Below, one piece after another: positions 18,360 through 29,006 of a DNA stretch of 64,000 nucleotides; positions within the stretch are counted from its first letter, which is position 1; each line of letters opens with the position of its first letter. The stretch lies in the NCBI GenBank assembly GCA_963664115.2, contig CAXWPJ010000012.1, positions 192,001-256,000 of the forward strand, given 5' to 3'. This DNA comes from Terriglobia bacterium (lineage in GTDB: Bacteria; Acidobacteriota; Terriglobia; 20CM-2-55-15). A program made the position numbers and the translations under genes. The notes beneath the pieces were generated by a model, which worked only from the letters and a program-made list of their open reading frames with translations, had not been told where the DNA came from and did not search any database.

Positions 18360-18487
18360 GGCCCCGACGAACGGAACCGGCCAGAACACTCCTTCATGCA
18401 GCGGCTGACTTGTGTCACGCGCCCGAGGGTTCATCCCTCGCTTCGAACAGGGTTCCGCTGCGATACGTCACGGTGTGCCAGGGTGGC
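18360..18487. ncRNA. Candidate structured RNA of unassigned family (multibranch core 18398-18461)
   Basis: GCAGCGG/CCGCTGC stem enclosing TGAC/GTCA and CGAGGG/CCCTCG hairpins in an ORF-free divergent spacer; strand not determined. Confidence 0.4.
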
Positions 18488-18684
18488 TGAAGAGACAATC
18501 CAGTGGGAGTGAATAGTTGGCGCGATTTCTATAATCCGGCAAATCACTCCGAAACGAGCTCACATGCCTTGGGTGGCGAGCCCCACGGTCGAGGCATGGC
18601 AGAGGAAGACAAACTGTCCTGAAATGATGCTGTTAGCTGAGATAAAGTCGTTCGCATGACCTCATGCTACAATCGGCCAAACCC

Positions 18685-19632
18685 ATGAGAAGTACAGCCC
18701 AGAACGCCCAGGAGAAGACCTTTGAGCTGAGCAGAACGATCGGCAAGGTAATCAAGGGGAAGCGGGGGACGATTGAATTGGCCGTTGTGGCACTCCTGGC
18801 CGAAGGGCATTTGCTGATCGAAGATGTCCCGGGCGTGGGCAAGACGACCCTGGGCCACACGATGGCGATGGCTCTGGGATCGAAGTTTCACCGGCTCCAG
18901 TTCACCAGTGATCTTCTTCCGTCCGATGTACTGGGTGTGTCGATCTATAACCCGAACGGGCACGAGTTCGAGTTTAAGCGAGGCCCGATCTTCGCCAACA
19001 TTGTCCTGGCAGACGAAATCAATCGGACGACTCCGAAGACTCAGAGCGCCTTGCTCGAAGCGATGAACGAGAATCAGGTGACGATCGATAACGTCACACA
19101 CCCATTACCCCGCCCGTTCATGGTTCTCGCCACCCAAAACCCAGTCGAACATCACGGGACCTATCCTCTTCCGGAATCACAGTTGGATCGCTTTCTGATG
19201 AAGATCGAGATCGGCTACCCGGACGCGTCCGCCGAAAAGGAAATTCTGGAACGTTACAGCAACGGGAACAACAGCCGTGCTCTGGAAGCGGTGCTCAATC
19301 CGGCAGAGGTTATCGAACTCCAGAACGAATGTCGCAGAGTTCACGTCGGAGATGCCCTCGTCGATTACATGATCGAGATCGTCAACCAGACCCGCACTCA
19401 TGGCGAAATCGAACTGGGCGTCAGCCCGCGGGGGACCGCCGCGCTGTTCCGCGCAGCGCAGGCCCTCGCCATGGTTCAAGGCCGCGATTACGTGCTACCG
19501 GACGACGTGAAAACCCTGATTCCAAACGTTTTTGGACACCGACTGGTCTTGGCGCGCTCGAGTACGGGGCACCAACAAGGCGCGACAGCTCTCCTGGAAG
19601 AGATCCTCGACCGGGTCCCCGTACCGGCCTGA
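18685..19632 (+). CDS. moxR: MoxR family AAA+ ATPase
   Basis: EDVPGVGKT Walker A, LADEINR, ATQNPVE..GTYPLPESQLDRF, GVSPR. Start set at ATG 18685 (TGcTACAAT just upstream). Confidence 0.93.
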   Translation: MRSTAQNAQEKTFELSRTIGKVIKGKRGTIELAVVALLAEGHLLIEDVPGVGKTTLGHTMAMALGSKFHRLQFTSDLLPSDVLGVSIYNPNGHEFEFKRGPIFANIVLADEINRTTPKTQSALLEAMNENQVTIDNVTHPLPRPFMVLATQNPVEHHGTYPLPESQLDRFLMKIEIGYPDASAEKEILERYSNGNNSRALEAVLNPAEVIELQNECRRVHVGDALVDYMIEIVNQTRTHGEIELGVSPRGTAALFRAAQALAMVQGRDYVLPDDVKTLIPNVFGHRLVLARSSTGHQQGATALLEEILDRVPVPA

Positions 19633-19649
19633 CATCTCCCCTATTTAAT

Positions 19650-20963
19650 ATGGCGAGAACACCCAGGATGTCGCCAACGCCAATAGGCGAACGCCTGCGG
19701 AAACTTGCCCGGGAATTTCGCTCCGAGCATCAACGCCACAGCCTGATGGCACGGCATTTTCTGAAATCAATGGTGCTGCTCGGGATCGCGATGCTGGCCG
19801 CGCTCTATTCCAACAGCTCGGCGCGCGACGGACAGATTGTTTCCGCCGGCATCGGGGCCTTCATTGCCTTGTCGATAGCCATATGGGTCGGTGTGCGTTT
19901 TGTGCCGCGCCTTGCAGCCGGAGTCGACTGGGACTGGTTGCCATTTTTCACACAATACCGTTTGACTCGCGACGGTTGGATTTACATTACGGCCACCGTG
20001 GTCGTCCTCTCGGCTGCGATCAATACGAGCAACAACTTGCTCTACATGATCCTTTCGGCATTGTTGGCGGTCATGCTTCTCTCCGGGTTTCTTTCGGGCC
20101 TCAACTTTCGTGTCGTTAGAGTAACGGCACGACTGCCGGAATATTGCTTCGCCATGCAACCTTTTCAGATGACGGTAGCGGTCAAGAACCCGAAGCGGGT
20201 CTTCCCGACGTTTTCGCTCGGCGTCAGCGCAGTCGAGACGAGTCCGTTTGATTTCGCTCCCTCCTACGTTCCATTGGTCCAGACCCGCGACCAGGACACT
20301 CGAACCGTCGAAGCTCTTATCTCCAGCAGGGGCCGGCACAGTCTCACCGAAGTTCATCTCAAGTCGCGATATCCTTTCGGTTTCATAGTCAAAGGACGCC
20401 CCTTCCGGGTCGATGCCAGCTGTATTGCGTTCCCCGAGATCCTGCCTAGTGAAAAACTCGATGTTGCCATCCACGACATCATGGGCAAATCGGAACGCTT
20501 TGAACGGGGACTGGGGATGGATCTGTACATGATCCGCGACTACGTATCTTCCGACAGCGCACGGCACGTTGACTGGAAAGCATCGGCAAAAACCTCTGCG
20601 CTAAAGACACGCGAATTTGCTACCGAAGAAAGCCGAAGCGTGCTGTTGCTCTTCGACCGGTATGGGCAGGCCGGAGACGAAGAGCACTTCGAAAGGCTTG
20701 TTTCCCAAGCAGCGTCTCTGGCCCTGTATCTTTCCGAACATGGTGCGGAAGTCTCATTGATATCCGACGATTGGAGCTCGCCCCCAGGACAATCCAACAA
20801 CCTGCTACAATCAATTCTTCGCCATCTGGCATTGGTCGAAATGACACCGGGTGCCGAGTTGGTTGGCTCTGATGGGAGCGAGGCCGTCGTATTTTCTCTG
20901 CGGAGCCCGTCCAATACACACACGCAATGGAACGCTACTTCCAAATCTCATTCCATGCGCTGA
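19650..20963 (+). CDS. DUF58 domain membrane protein
   Basis: AAINTSNNLLY, SRYPFGF, IRDYVSSDSARHVDWKASAK; lies in the moxR-DUF58-transglutaminase operon; start approximate. Confidence 0.88.
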   Translation: MARTPRMSPTPIGERLRKLAREFRSEHQRHSLMARHFLKSMVLLGIAMLAALYSNSSARDGQIVSAGIGAFIALSIAIWVGVRFVPRLAAGVDWDWLPFFTQYRLTRDGWIYITATVVVLSAAINTSNNLLYMILSALLAVMLLSGFLSGLNFRVVRVTARLPEYCFAMQPFQMTVAVKNPKRVFPTFSLGVSAVETSPFDFAPSYVPLVQTRDQDTRTVEALISSRGRHSLTEVHLKSRYPFGFIVKGRPFRVDASCIAFPEILPSEKLDVAIHDIMGKSERFERGLGMDLYMIRDYVSSDSARHVDWKASAKTSALKTREFATEESRSVLLLFDRYGQAGDEEHFERLVSQAASLALYLSEHGAEVSLISDDWSSPPGQSNNLLQSILRHLALVEMTPGAELVGSDGSEAVVFSLRSPSNTHTQWNATSKSHSMR

Positions 20964-23035
20964 TTCTCACAGCGTTCATAGCGCTGGTGGAAACCGGCCG
21001 GATCGACATCGCGTCGATCGTCCTGTTCCTCGTCTTCTTCGGAGTGACGACACGTCGAGTTCTCAAGGGACAGCCTCCCCTGCTCACCGCGCGCGGCGCC
21101 TTTTTTCTCTCGCTCGGCTACATATTCTTCTTCGTCCTGGATAGCCTGATTCTCTCCGGGTCCTTCATCAGCGCGATCATTCACATGGTCCTCTTTCTGG
21201 AAATTGCGAAGCTGGCCCAGACGAAAGAAGACAAAGACTATCTGTACCTGATTCTCCTCGCCTTCCTGCAGGTGCTCGCGGCTTCCTCACTGACCATCGA
21301 TATATCTTTCGTCTTCACATTATTCTTCTTCCTGGTTGCGCTGGTTTCAACGCTGATGAGCTTTGACATCTATCGTTCCCAGAGAGAAACATCGAACTCC
21401 GAACGCATTCCGATCGATAGACCGCTGGGCGGTATGAGTGTGTGGGCGACGGCCTGGATCGTCATCATCGGTATCGCACTGTTCTTCGCCATGCCACGGA
21501 TCGGAACAGGATATTTCAGTCGCGCAGCGACCCAGGCTCTGCTGCTCTCCGGTTTTACCGACACCGTGGAATTAGGAGAAATCGGGGAGGTCAAACTGAG
21601 CTCGGCTCTGGTGATGCGGACGCGTATCCTCAGCGGCCCTCCGTCGGCAGCACCGAAATGGCGAGGTCTCGCCCTGGATACCTTTGACGGACACACCTGG
21701 TCCAAGGCGCGCCGACGGCGTCAGGGCATTCGGAGATCAAGGGCCGGGGACAACAATGACTATCCAATCCAACCGATGTCGGGCACCGGAGAGGCCCTTC
21801 GGGTCGAAGTCTTCCTGGAACCTCTGGCCACACCCACGCTGTTTGGCCCCCACGTCATCCGATCCATCTCCGGAGAATTCCGCGGTCTCGAACGCGACAA
21901 CGCCGATGGTGTTTATCAGAGGGTTCGCGCGGCACGGAGAACGCAATATGAGGTTCTTTCCGAAATACCATTGAGAAACCCTCCCTCCGACACCACCGAG
22001 GGCACGGACCTACTGCCTGACAACGCGGACATTTACCTTCAGCTGCCTCCGGATCTGGATCCGAGGATCGTCGACCTGGCAGAGATGGTTGCCATGGGTG
22101 GGGACACTGTGGTTGAGAAGGCTTCTCTGATCGAAACCTACCTGCGGACCAATCACGCCTACTCTCTCCAACTGACCTGGGATCCGGGTGCGCAACCGCT
22201 GAGCACCTTTCTGTTCGAAGCCCGGTCCGGGCACTGCGAATACTTCGCTTCTTCGATGGCCATCATGCTTAGAGTTCTGGGCATCCCTACGCGTATGGTC
22301 AACGGGTTCCTGACAGGCGAGTACAACTCGATCGGAGACTCCTACATCGTCCGGCAGTACGACGCGCACAGTTGGGTCGAGGTCTACCTGCCCGGACAGG
22401 GGTGGATGGAGTTCGACCCGACGCCTCCAGATCCCAACCGGAACGAGCCCGGCATGCTGACCCTCATCTCGCACTATTTGGATGCGGCCGAACTGTTCTG
22501 GAACGCCTACATCCTGACCTACGACTCCGGAACGCAGCTTCAGTTTTTCCAAAGCGCGCAGGACACGGTTCGAACGCTGCAGAGCTCCCTTCGTAACCGG
22601 TCCGACTCGTGGGCCGGCTGGAGCCAGGCCCTGTCGGATCGAATTTCCGCACGGATACGGGACGTCGTCGAGACACGCTGGTTCTGGTCTCTGGTGCTGG
22701 GGGTCGCAATCCTGGGACTCGTAGTAAAGTACCGATCATCGATCCGCACGCAATTGAAAATCTGGAATCTGCGTTTGGGCAGGGGAGATGCCGACAGGGA
22801 CGTCGTGACCCGACTATTCTACCGGGCAACTGCATTGGCGGCGCCCCGGGGCCGCACCCGTCTGCCCCACCAGACGTGGCGGGAGTGGATGGGGGAAATT
22901 CCCGACGAGAGCCGCAAACACCGGGTCGCGGTGGCGCTCGGCATCTTCGAGAAGGCCCGCTACAGCAGCTCTCCCGTCACCCCTGAAGATTACGTAAACC
23001 TGGAACAGACAATCCAGCAACTCAAGCGTGCGTGA
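20927..23035 (+). CDS. Membrane transglutaminase-like protein (DUF3488 + TGase, TgpA-like)
   Basis: Multi-TM N-terminus, SGFTDTVELG, catalytic triad GHCEYFAS / DAHSWVE / EFDPTP. Confidence 0.9.
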   Translation: MERYFQISFHALILTAFIALVETGRIDIASIVLFLVFFGVTTRRVLKGQPPLLTARGAFFLSLGYIFFFVLDSLILSGSFISAIIHMVLFLEIAKLAQTKEDKDYLYLILLAFLQVLAASSLTIDISFVFTLFFFLVALVSTLMSFDIYRSQRETSNSERIPIDRPLGGMSVWATAWIVIIGIALFFAMPRIGTGYFSRAATQALLLSGFTDTVELGEIGEVKLSSALVMRTRILSGPPSAAPKWRGLALDTFDGHTWSKARRRRQGIRRSRAGDNNDYPIQPMSGTGEALRVEVFLEPLATPTLFGPHVIRSISGEFRGLERDNADGVYQRVRAARRTQYEVLSEIPLRNPPSDTTEGTDLLPDNADIYLQLPPDLDPRIVDLAEMVAMGGDTVVEKASLIETYLRTNHAYSLQLTWDPGAQPLSTFLFEARSGHCEYFASSMAIMLRVLGIPTRMVNGFLTGEYNSIGDSYIVRQYDAHSWVEVYLPGQGWMEFDPTPPDPNRNEPGMLTLISHYLDAAELFWNAYILTYDSGTQLQFFQSAQDTVRTLQSSLRNRSDSWAGWSQALSDRISARIRDVVETRWFWSLVLGVAILGLVVKYRSSIRTQLKIWNLRLGRGDADRDVVTRLFYRATALAAPRGRTRLPHQTWREWMGEIPDESRKHRVAVALGIFEKARYSSSPVTPEDYVNLEQTIQQLKRA

Positions 23036-23050
23036 GGGAGTCGCCTTCCA

Positions 23051-24424
23051 ATGTCACAAATAACCCTTAACAAGACGACGCGAGTCGGTTTCGTCAGCCT
23101 GGGCTGCCCCAAGAACCTGGTTGACAGCGAAGTCATGCTCGGGTTGCTGTCTGAGCAGGGCTATGAGCTCACCACGGATAAGGAATCGGCCGACGTGATC
23201 GTCGTCAACACCTGCGGCTTCATCGACAGCGCGAAGGAAGAATCCGTGGATACGATTCTTGAAATGGCTCGCTTGAAGGAAGAGGGGCGTTGCAAGAAGC
23301 TTGTCGTCGCGGGGTGCCTGGCCCAGAGATACCGGGAGGAAATACAGAAAGAGATTCCTGAAATCGATTTCGTCTTCGGTCCCGACGATCTGGGAAGCAT
23401 TCTCGAGGCAGTACAAACCGCCGGCAACGATCCTGTTCCGGCAGTCTCGATCGATGCGCTCTACACTTCGCGCGAAGTACCGACGATTCCAAGAATTCTG
23501 ACGACGCCGGCTCACATGGCGTACCTGAAGATTTCTGAGGGTTGCGATCACACCTGTGCCTTCTGTGCCATTCCTGGCTTCAGAGGACGCTTTAGAAGCC
23601 GTTCTGTCGAAGATCTGGTCGCCGAAGCCCGGCGGCTGGAGGCCAGCGGCGTCCGGGAAATAGTTATCGTGTCCCAGGACACGCTGGCTTACGGTAAGGA
23701 CCTCGGCATGACAGCCGGCATACTGGCTTTGCTTGAAAGCCTCCTCGCAGTTGACGGGCTCGCCTGGATACGACTGCTCTACTGCTATCCCAATCTGCTC
23801 TCGGAATCGATGATCCGGCTGATCGGAAGCGAGAAGAGATTGTGCAATTACTTCGATATTCCATACCAGCACGCAAGCCCCCGAGTGCTTGAGAGAATGC
23901 GGAGAGGAAGCGGACGTGTGGGCTTCGAGGCACAGGTCGAACAGATACGGGAACTCGTCCCGGGGGCCGGATTGAGAACGTCCTTTATAGTGGGCTTCCC
24001 GGGTGAGACGGAATCGGATTTCCTGGAACTTGTTCAGTTTGTCGATAGCGTGCGCTTCGACAACCTCGGGGTCTTCCTGTACTCGGACGAAGAAGGCACG
24101 TTGGCTGAGAGTCTCGATTGCAAGGTTCCGCGCGATCTGGCCGTCGAAAGACGCGACGTTTTGATGGAGAAACAGGCTGACATCTCACGAAGTCAACTAA
24201 GGAAACTCATCGGTCGCAGGGTACCTGTTCTTCTCGAGGGTGTCTCGTCCGAATCGGACCTCTTGCTCGAAGGACGCATGGAAACACAAGCGCCGGAGAT
24301 CGACGGAAAGATCTTGATCAATGACACGGCCGAGCAACAGCCCGAAAGCGGTCGGTTTTACCTCACAGAAATCACGGACAGCATGGAGTACGACCTTCTG
24401 GGTCGAATTGTTGCCAATATATAG
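23051..24424 (+). CDS. rimO: Ribosomal protein S12 methylthiotransferase
   Basis: [31 protein letters not shown] radical SAM motif, APEIDG TRAM domain. Confidence 0.96.
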   Translation: MSQITLNKTTRVGFVSLGCPKNLVDSEVMLGLLSEQGYELTTDKESADVIVVNTCGFIDSAKEESVDTILEMARLKEEGRCKKLVVAGCLAQRYREEIQKEIPEIDFVFGPDDLGSILEAVQTAGNDPVPAVSIDALYTSREVPTIPRILTTPAHMAYLKISEGCDHTCAFCAIPGFRGRFRSRSVEDLVAEARRLEASGVREIVIVSQDTLAYGKDLGMTAGILALLESLLAVDGLAWIRLLYCYPNLLSESMIRLIGSEKRLCNYFDIPYQHASPRVLERMRRGSGRVGFEAQVEQIRELVPGAGLRTSFIVGFPGETESDFLELVQFVDSVRFDNLGVFLYSDEEGTLAESLDCKVPRDLAVERRDVLMEKQADISRSQLRKLIGRRVPVLLEGVSSESDLLLEGRMETQAPEIDGKILINDTAEQQPESGRFYLTEITDSMEYDLLGRIVANI

Positions 24425-24446
24425 CGTTAGACGGTCCATAGCCACG

Positions 24447-24635
24447 ATGCCGGCCCAGTGCCCCACATGTGGAAAGAAAACAGCTTACCGAAAGAATCCC
24501 TTTCGTCCGTTCTGTTCAGAACGATGCAAGTTGATCGACCTGGGGAAATGGGCTTCGGAAGCCTACCGCCTGCCGTCTGAAGAAAGCGCACCTGGAGATT
24601 CCGGCAATTCCGATGGAAACGTCGAAGACGACTGA
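24447..24635 (+). CDS. yacG: DNA gyrase inhibitor YacG
   Basis: CPTCGK...[19 protein letters not shown]. Confidence 0.92.
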   Translation: MPAQCPTCGKKTAYRKNPFRPFCSERCKLIDLGKWASEAYRLPSEESAPGDSGNSDGNVEDD

Positions 24636-25140
24636 ACCGGCCCTGTCAACCGAAGCGCGAACCCCGCTGGATGGTATCGCTGTCGCAATCGCAACCGCAG
24701 GTGGTGCGGGATTCGCACCCAAGGCGCCCGGCACGATGGGATCTCTTGTCGGTGTCGGGCTGTTCGGGCTCATCACTTACTCCGGTTGGTATAGCATCTA
24801 TTGGCCGCTGTTGGCCGCCATCCTGGCCGCAGGAGTCTGGTCGGCCGGTCACGTGGAGCGGATATACGGCCATGACGCTTCGAAAATAGTCATCGACGAA
24901 GTCATTGGGCAAATGATCACGATAGGGTTCGTCAGGAGTTCAGGAACTTCCGCGATCGCGATAGATGTGATTCTCGGCTTTTTGCTTTTCCGGTTTTTCG
25001 ATATCCTTAAGCCCTTTCCGCTACGTCGGCTGGAGCGGCTGCCAGGTGGTCTTGGAGTGGTGGCGGATGATGTTGGCGCCGGGATATACGGTTTGATATT
25101 TTTGATATTTCTAAAGCTCCTGATAGCGAGAATCGCATGA
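24613..25140 (+). CDS. pgpA: Phosphatidylglycerophosphatase A
   Basis: [36 protein letters not shown]. Confidence 0.93.
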   Translation: METSKTTEPALSTEARTPLDGIAVAIATAGGAGFAPKAPGTMGSLVGVGLFGLITYSGWYSIYWPLLAAILAAGVWSAGHVERIYGHDASKIVIDEVIGQMITIGFVRSSGTSAIAIDVILGFLLFRFFDILKPFPLRRLERLPGGLGVVADDVGAGIYGLIFLIFLKLLIARIA

Positions 25141-26162
25141 GCGAAATTACCATCAAACGTGTGCTACCCCAGGCAGCTCTACCTGGAGGCGAAGTGATGA
25201 TCGAGTACGGAGGCGTCGATCTTCAGGGAGAGCGCCGACCCGAAGTGCACTTCGGCGACTACGCAGCACAGGTCACGATCGCATCAGACGAGCTCATCGT
25301 AGCGAAGGTCCCGGAGTCTTCGTCTGAGACCGGAACTTCAGAGTTATCCATCGCTGACAACGGCGATTCGAGCCCCCCGTTCCCGTATGAGGTGGGCAAG
25401 CGCCTGGCAACCAACCTACACCCCGTCGCCAATCCCGCAGTCGACAGCGAAGGCAATATTTACGCAACGTACAGCGGCCGCAGAGGCCAGAAAACCCCGG
25501 TCTCGATTTACAAAATCACTCCCAGCGGCGCGGTCACGCCACACACAGTTGAGATCATAAATGCCACGGGACTGGCTTTCGGGTCGGAGGGAGACCTCTT
25601 TGTGTCGAGCCGGCACGAGGGAAATGTTTACAAAGTCGATTCCAGCGGAAAGGCGGAACTCTATATCGAAGGCATGGGAATTGCCACGGGCTTGGCTTTC
25701 GACAGAAAGAGCAATCTCTACGTCGGTGACAGAAGCGGTAGCGTCTTCAAGATCAGTCCGAGCCGCGAGATCTTCGTCTTTGCGACGCTGGAGCCCAGTA
25801 TGGCTGCATACCATATCGCTTACGGCCTGGACGATTATCTATATCTCACCGGCCCGACAACCTCGAGCTTCGACTCGATCCATAGGATCTCTCCTACAGG
25901 TGAAGTCGAAAAGTTCTTTACGGGACTGGGTAGACCGCAAGGGATGGCCTTCGATATTGAAGGCAACCTCTACGTCGTCGCCTCCTACAGAGGACGACGC
26001 GGAATACTTCGCTTCACCGGTACGAGCCGGACACCCGAACTTTTCGTCTCGGGTATGGGACTGGTCGGCCTGGCGTTTGACTACGCCGAGAACATGGTCA
26101 TAGCGGACACCTCCTCCGTCTACAGGGTCCGCGCCGGAACCATGGGAAGACCCCTTCCCTAA
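25137..26162 (+). CDS. IPT/TIG + SMP-30/gluconolactonase-like beta-propeller protein
   Basis: N-terminal Ig-like segment, repeated TGLAFD..GNLYV blades. Confidence 0.7.
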   Translation: MSEITIKRVLPQAALPGGEVMIEYGGVDLQGERRPEVHFGDYAAQVTIASDELIVAKVPESSSETGTSELSIADNGDSSPPFPYEVGKRLATNLHPVANPAVDSEGNIYATYSGRRGQKTPVSIYKITPSGAVTPHTVEIINATGLAFGSEGDLFVSSRHEGNVYKVDSSGKAELYIEGMGIATGLAFDRKSNLYVGDRSGSVFKISPSREIFVFATLEPSMAAYHIAYGLDDYLYLTGPTTSSFDSIHRISPTGEVEKFFTGLGRPQGMAFDIEGNLYVVASYRGRRGILRFTGTSRTPELFVSGMGLVGLAFDYAENMVIADTSSVYRVRAGTMGRPLP

Positions 26163-26199
26163 TAGTGATCTGTACCTCCTTTTTCCTCTGGTTCTTTCT

Positions 26200-27441
26200 A
26201 TGTTGACAGCAGAAATCATTGCGATCGGTTCGGAGCTGCTGACTCCCCGATTCAAGGATACGAATTCCGTCTTTCTGACCCAACAACTCAACCGGATGGG
26301 AATTTCGGTCGCGATGCGCACAATCGCCGGAGATCATGAAGACAAGCTCGAACACGCCCTGAAATCAGCGATGGATCGCACACCAATCGTTATCACGATA
26401 GGCGGCCTGGGCCCGACTGAAGACGACATCACCCGGAAAGCCGTTGCCCAGGTGACACGTCGTCAGTTGGTCTTAGACGATGTCGTGCTGGAGAAACTTA
26501 AGGCACGGTTCGCAAAAAGATCCATGCCGATGCCCGCAAATAACGCACGTCAGGCCCTGGTCCCGGCGGGCGCCGAAGTATTGGACAACCCGAACGGCAC
26601 TGCGCCCGGGCTGTGGCTCTCAAACGAAAAAAACACACTTATTCTGCTTCCTGGACCCCCTCGGGAGCTTGAACCGATGTTCGAAAGAAGTTGTTGTCCG
26701 CGGCTGATAAAGATGGCCGGCTCGCTTGCACTGTCGGTCCGTACCTACCGAACAACGGGACTTCCGGAGTCTACGCTCGACGCCCGAATCGCACCAATCT
26801 ACACCAAGTACAGGAATCCGGAAACGACAGTGCTATCGAAACCGGGGCAGGTCGATATCCATCTGATTGCACGCGCCAAGACCGTCGCAGAAGCCGATCG
26901 ATTGGTTGACGAACTCGGAAATCAAATCGACCAGGAACTTGGGGATTTCGTGTTTGCCCGCTCCGATCAGGAACTGGAAGAAATAGTCGGGATGTACCTG
27001 GTGCTGAAGGGCGCCACGATCGCTGTTGCGGAGTCCTGCACCGGAGGAATGATGGCCGAGCGCTTGACATCGGTTCCAGGCAGCTCCCGGTATTTCACCT
27101 CCGGAATTGTGACCTACAGCAACGAGTCCAAGATCGCGTTGGTGGGTATTCCGCCTCTGGTACTGGAAATGGAAGGGGCGGTAAGCAAGGAAGTCTCTGT
27201 CGGACTCGCCGAGAGCGTTCGAGAGAAGATAGGTTCGACGATCGGCGTAGGCATTACAGGCATTGCGGGTCCCGATGGGGGCACACCGGAAAAACCGGTC
27301 GGCACCGTACATGTGGCCGTGTCGGGACCCGAAGGTACCACACACCTTCAATTCGTATTTCCAGGCGCGCGCGACAGAGTCCGTTGGCAATCGTCTCAGG
27401 CCGCATTGGACATGGTGCGACGGTATCTTGAAACCCTCTGA
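26200..27441 (+). CDS. cinA: Competence/damage-inducible protein A (MoCF-like + NMN deamidase)
   Basis: IGSELL, GGLGPTEDDIT, LPGPPRE, AESCTGG, GITGIAGPDGG..KPVGTV. Confidence 0.95.
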   Translation: MLTAEIIAIGSELLTPRFKDTNSVFLTQQLNRMGISVAMRTIAGDHEDKLEHALKSAMDRTPIVITIGGLGPTEDDITRKAVAQVTRRQLVLDDVVLEKLKARFAKRSMPMPANNARQALVPAGAEVLDNPNGTAPGLWLSNEKNTLILLPGPPRELEPMFERSCCPRLIKMAGSLALSVRTYRTTGLPESTLDARIAPIYTKYRNPETTVLSKPGQVDIHLIARAKTVAEADRLVDELGNQIDQELGDFVFARSDQELEEIVGMYLVLKGATIAVAESCTGGMMAERLTSVPGSSRYFTSGIVTYSNESKIALVGIPPLVLEMEGAVSKEVSVGLAESVREKIGSTIGVGITGIAGPDGGTPEKPVGTVHVAVSGPEGTTHLQFVFPGARDRVRWQSSQAALDMVRRYLETL

Positions 27442-27443
27442 GC

Positions 27444-27992
27444 ATGCGTCTGTTCGTCGCAATAGATCTGCCAGCCCTCGTCGTACGGTCCTTGTCCGAA
27501 ATCCGAGGCGAGCTCGAACCTCACACGAGCAAGCTCCGATGGGTTCGTCCCGAATCGATACATCTGACCTTGAAGTTCCTTGGAGAGGTATCACCACCAC
27601 GGTTGGGTGCCATCGAGGACAGCCTTGCGAGGATCCGGGGAGCCGCTTTCAAAGTTTCAATTTCCGGTGTAGGCTTCTTCCCGAATAACCGGGCGCCGCG
27701 GGTGTTGTGGGCGGGTGTTGCATCAGAAGCTCTGGGACACCTGGCGGGGGAAGTGGACGCGCAGATGATAGCCCTGGATGTTCCTCCGCAGCGTCGAAAA
27801 TTCACGCCCCATCTGACCTTGGCCCGAAGCCGGGGCGATGGACGCATGAATCCCGACCTGGTTCAAGCGGTAGAACGGTTTCGAAACAGCGATTTCGGAG
27901 AATTCACGGCGAACCGATTCCACCTGTACGAAAGCCGGCTCGATCCGTCCGGAGCAATCTACAAGAAACTGGGAGCTTACCCTCTGGAATAG
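27444..27992 (+). CDS. thpR: RNA 2',3'-cyclic phosphodiesterase (2H)
   Basis: MRLFVAI, two HLTL motifs, PRVLWAG. Confidence 0.93.
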   Translation: MRLFVAIDLPALVVRSLSEIRGELEPHTSKLRWVRPESIHLTLKFLGEVSPPRLGAIEDSLARIRGAAFKVSISGVGFFPNNRAPRVLWAGVASEALGHLAGEVDAQMIALDVPPQRRKFTPHLTLARSRGDGRMNPDLVQAVERFRNSDFGEFTANRFHLYESRLDPSGAIYKKLGAYPLE

Positions 27993-27993
27993 C

Positions 27994-28995
27994 ATGAGCG
28001 CTTCAATCGCAGTGATCGGTGCCGGAGGATGGGGTACGGCCCTATCCATTGCGATGGCACGGGTCCATAAACGGGTTCGACTCTGGGTCTACGAACCCGA
28101 GCTCGTTGAAGCCATTCGTCGCGATCGCAGAAATCCGATTTATCTGCCCGGCAGCCCTATTCCCGAGACGGTGCAACCGAGCGCGTCCATCGCAGAGACC
28201 ATCGAAAATGCGGATGTTGTCATCAGCGCCGTACCTTCCCATGTCTGCCGCAGTGTCTACGAACAAATCCTGCCGTTTGCCCAGCCGGACATGCTTTTCG
28301 TGACGGCAACCAAGGGCATCGAGAATGGCTCGCTGATGCGCATGTCGGAGGTTATCGAAAACGTGATCTCTCCGAAGTTCTCCCCCAAGATCGCTGCTAT
28401 TTCAGGGCCCACTTTCGCACTCGAAGTCGCCCGCGGAGAACCGACCGCGCTGGTCGTCGCTAGCCCGGACGAAGAATTGAGACTGCATTTACAGCAGGAA
28501 CTGTCGGCACCCCATTTTCGGCTCTATACGAACCCGGATATCGTCGGCGTCGAGATCGGAGCTTCCGTCAAGAACATCATCGCAATCGCCGCGGGTGTCG
28601 TGTCGGGTTTGAAGCTCGGGCACAACGCCACCGCAGCACTGATTACGCGGGGACTTGCCGAAATCATGAGACTCGCCGAGGCTTGTGGGGGAGAGCCAAA
28701 CACCCTGGCGGGACTGGCCGGCCTGGGCGATCTGGTCCTGACATGCACGGGACATCTCAGCCGTAACCGCCAGGTGGGAGTCGCTCTGGGCGAGGGCAGA
28801 AAGCGTGATGAGATCATTTCGAGCATGCGGATGGTCGCCGAAGGCATAAAGACAAGTGAGTCGACTGTGGCTCTGGCGGAGAAACTTTCGGTAGAGATGC
28901 CGATCGCCCGGGAGATTTATGCTGTCCTCTATGAAGATAAGGCTCCTCAGGACGCGATCAACGAACTCATGGTGCGGGAATTGAAAGAGGAATAG
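27994..28995 (+). CDS. gpsA: NAD(P)H-dependent glycerol-3-phosphate dehydrogenase
   Basis: GAGGWGTAL, TKGIE, SGPTFALEV, KNIIAIAAG, GLGDLVLTC..LSRN. Confidence 0.96.
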   Translation: MSASIAVIGAGGWGTALSIAMARVHKRVRLWVYEPELVEAIRRDRRNPIYLPGSPIPETVQPSASIAETIENADVVISAVPSHVCRSVYEQILPFAQPDMLFVTATKGIENGSLMRMSEVIENVISPKFSPKIAAISGPTFALEVARGEPTALVVASPDEELRLHLQQELSAPHFRLYTNPDIVGVEIGASVKNIIAIAAGVVSGLKLGHNATAALITRGLAEIMRLAEACGGEPNTLAGLAGLGDLVLTCTGHLSRNRQVGVALGEGRKRDEIISSMRMVAEGIKTSESTVALAEKLSVEMPIAREIYAVLYEDKAPQDAINELMVRELKEE

Positions 28996-29006
28996 TTTCC
29001 GAGGCT

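Noticed and set aside
18360-18600. 6S RNA, SRP RNA or ykkC riboswitch call for the proB-moxR spacer
   Set aside because: Too short for the 6S rod, lacks the SRP CAGG-N-GNAA-GCAGC helix-8 motif, and has no complete ykkC 3' consensus; kept only as an unassigned candidate.
26163-26199. Anti-SD-like ACCTCCTT pyrimidine tract before cinA
   Set aside because: Single short match with no structure or antisense start; likely chance.
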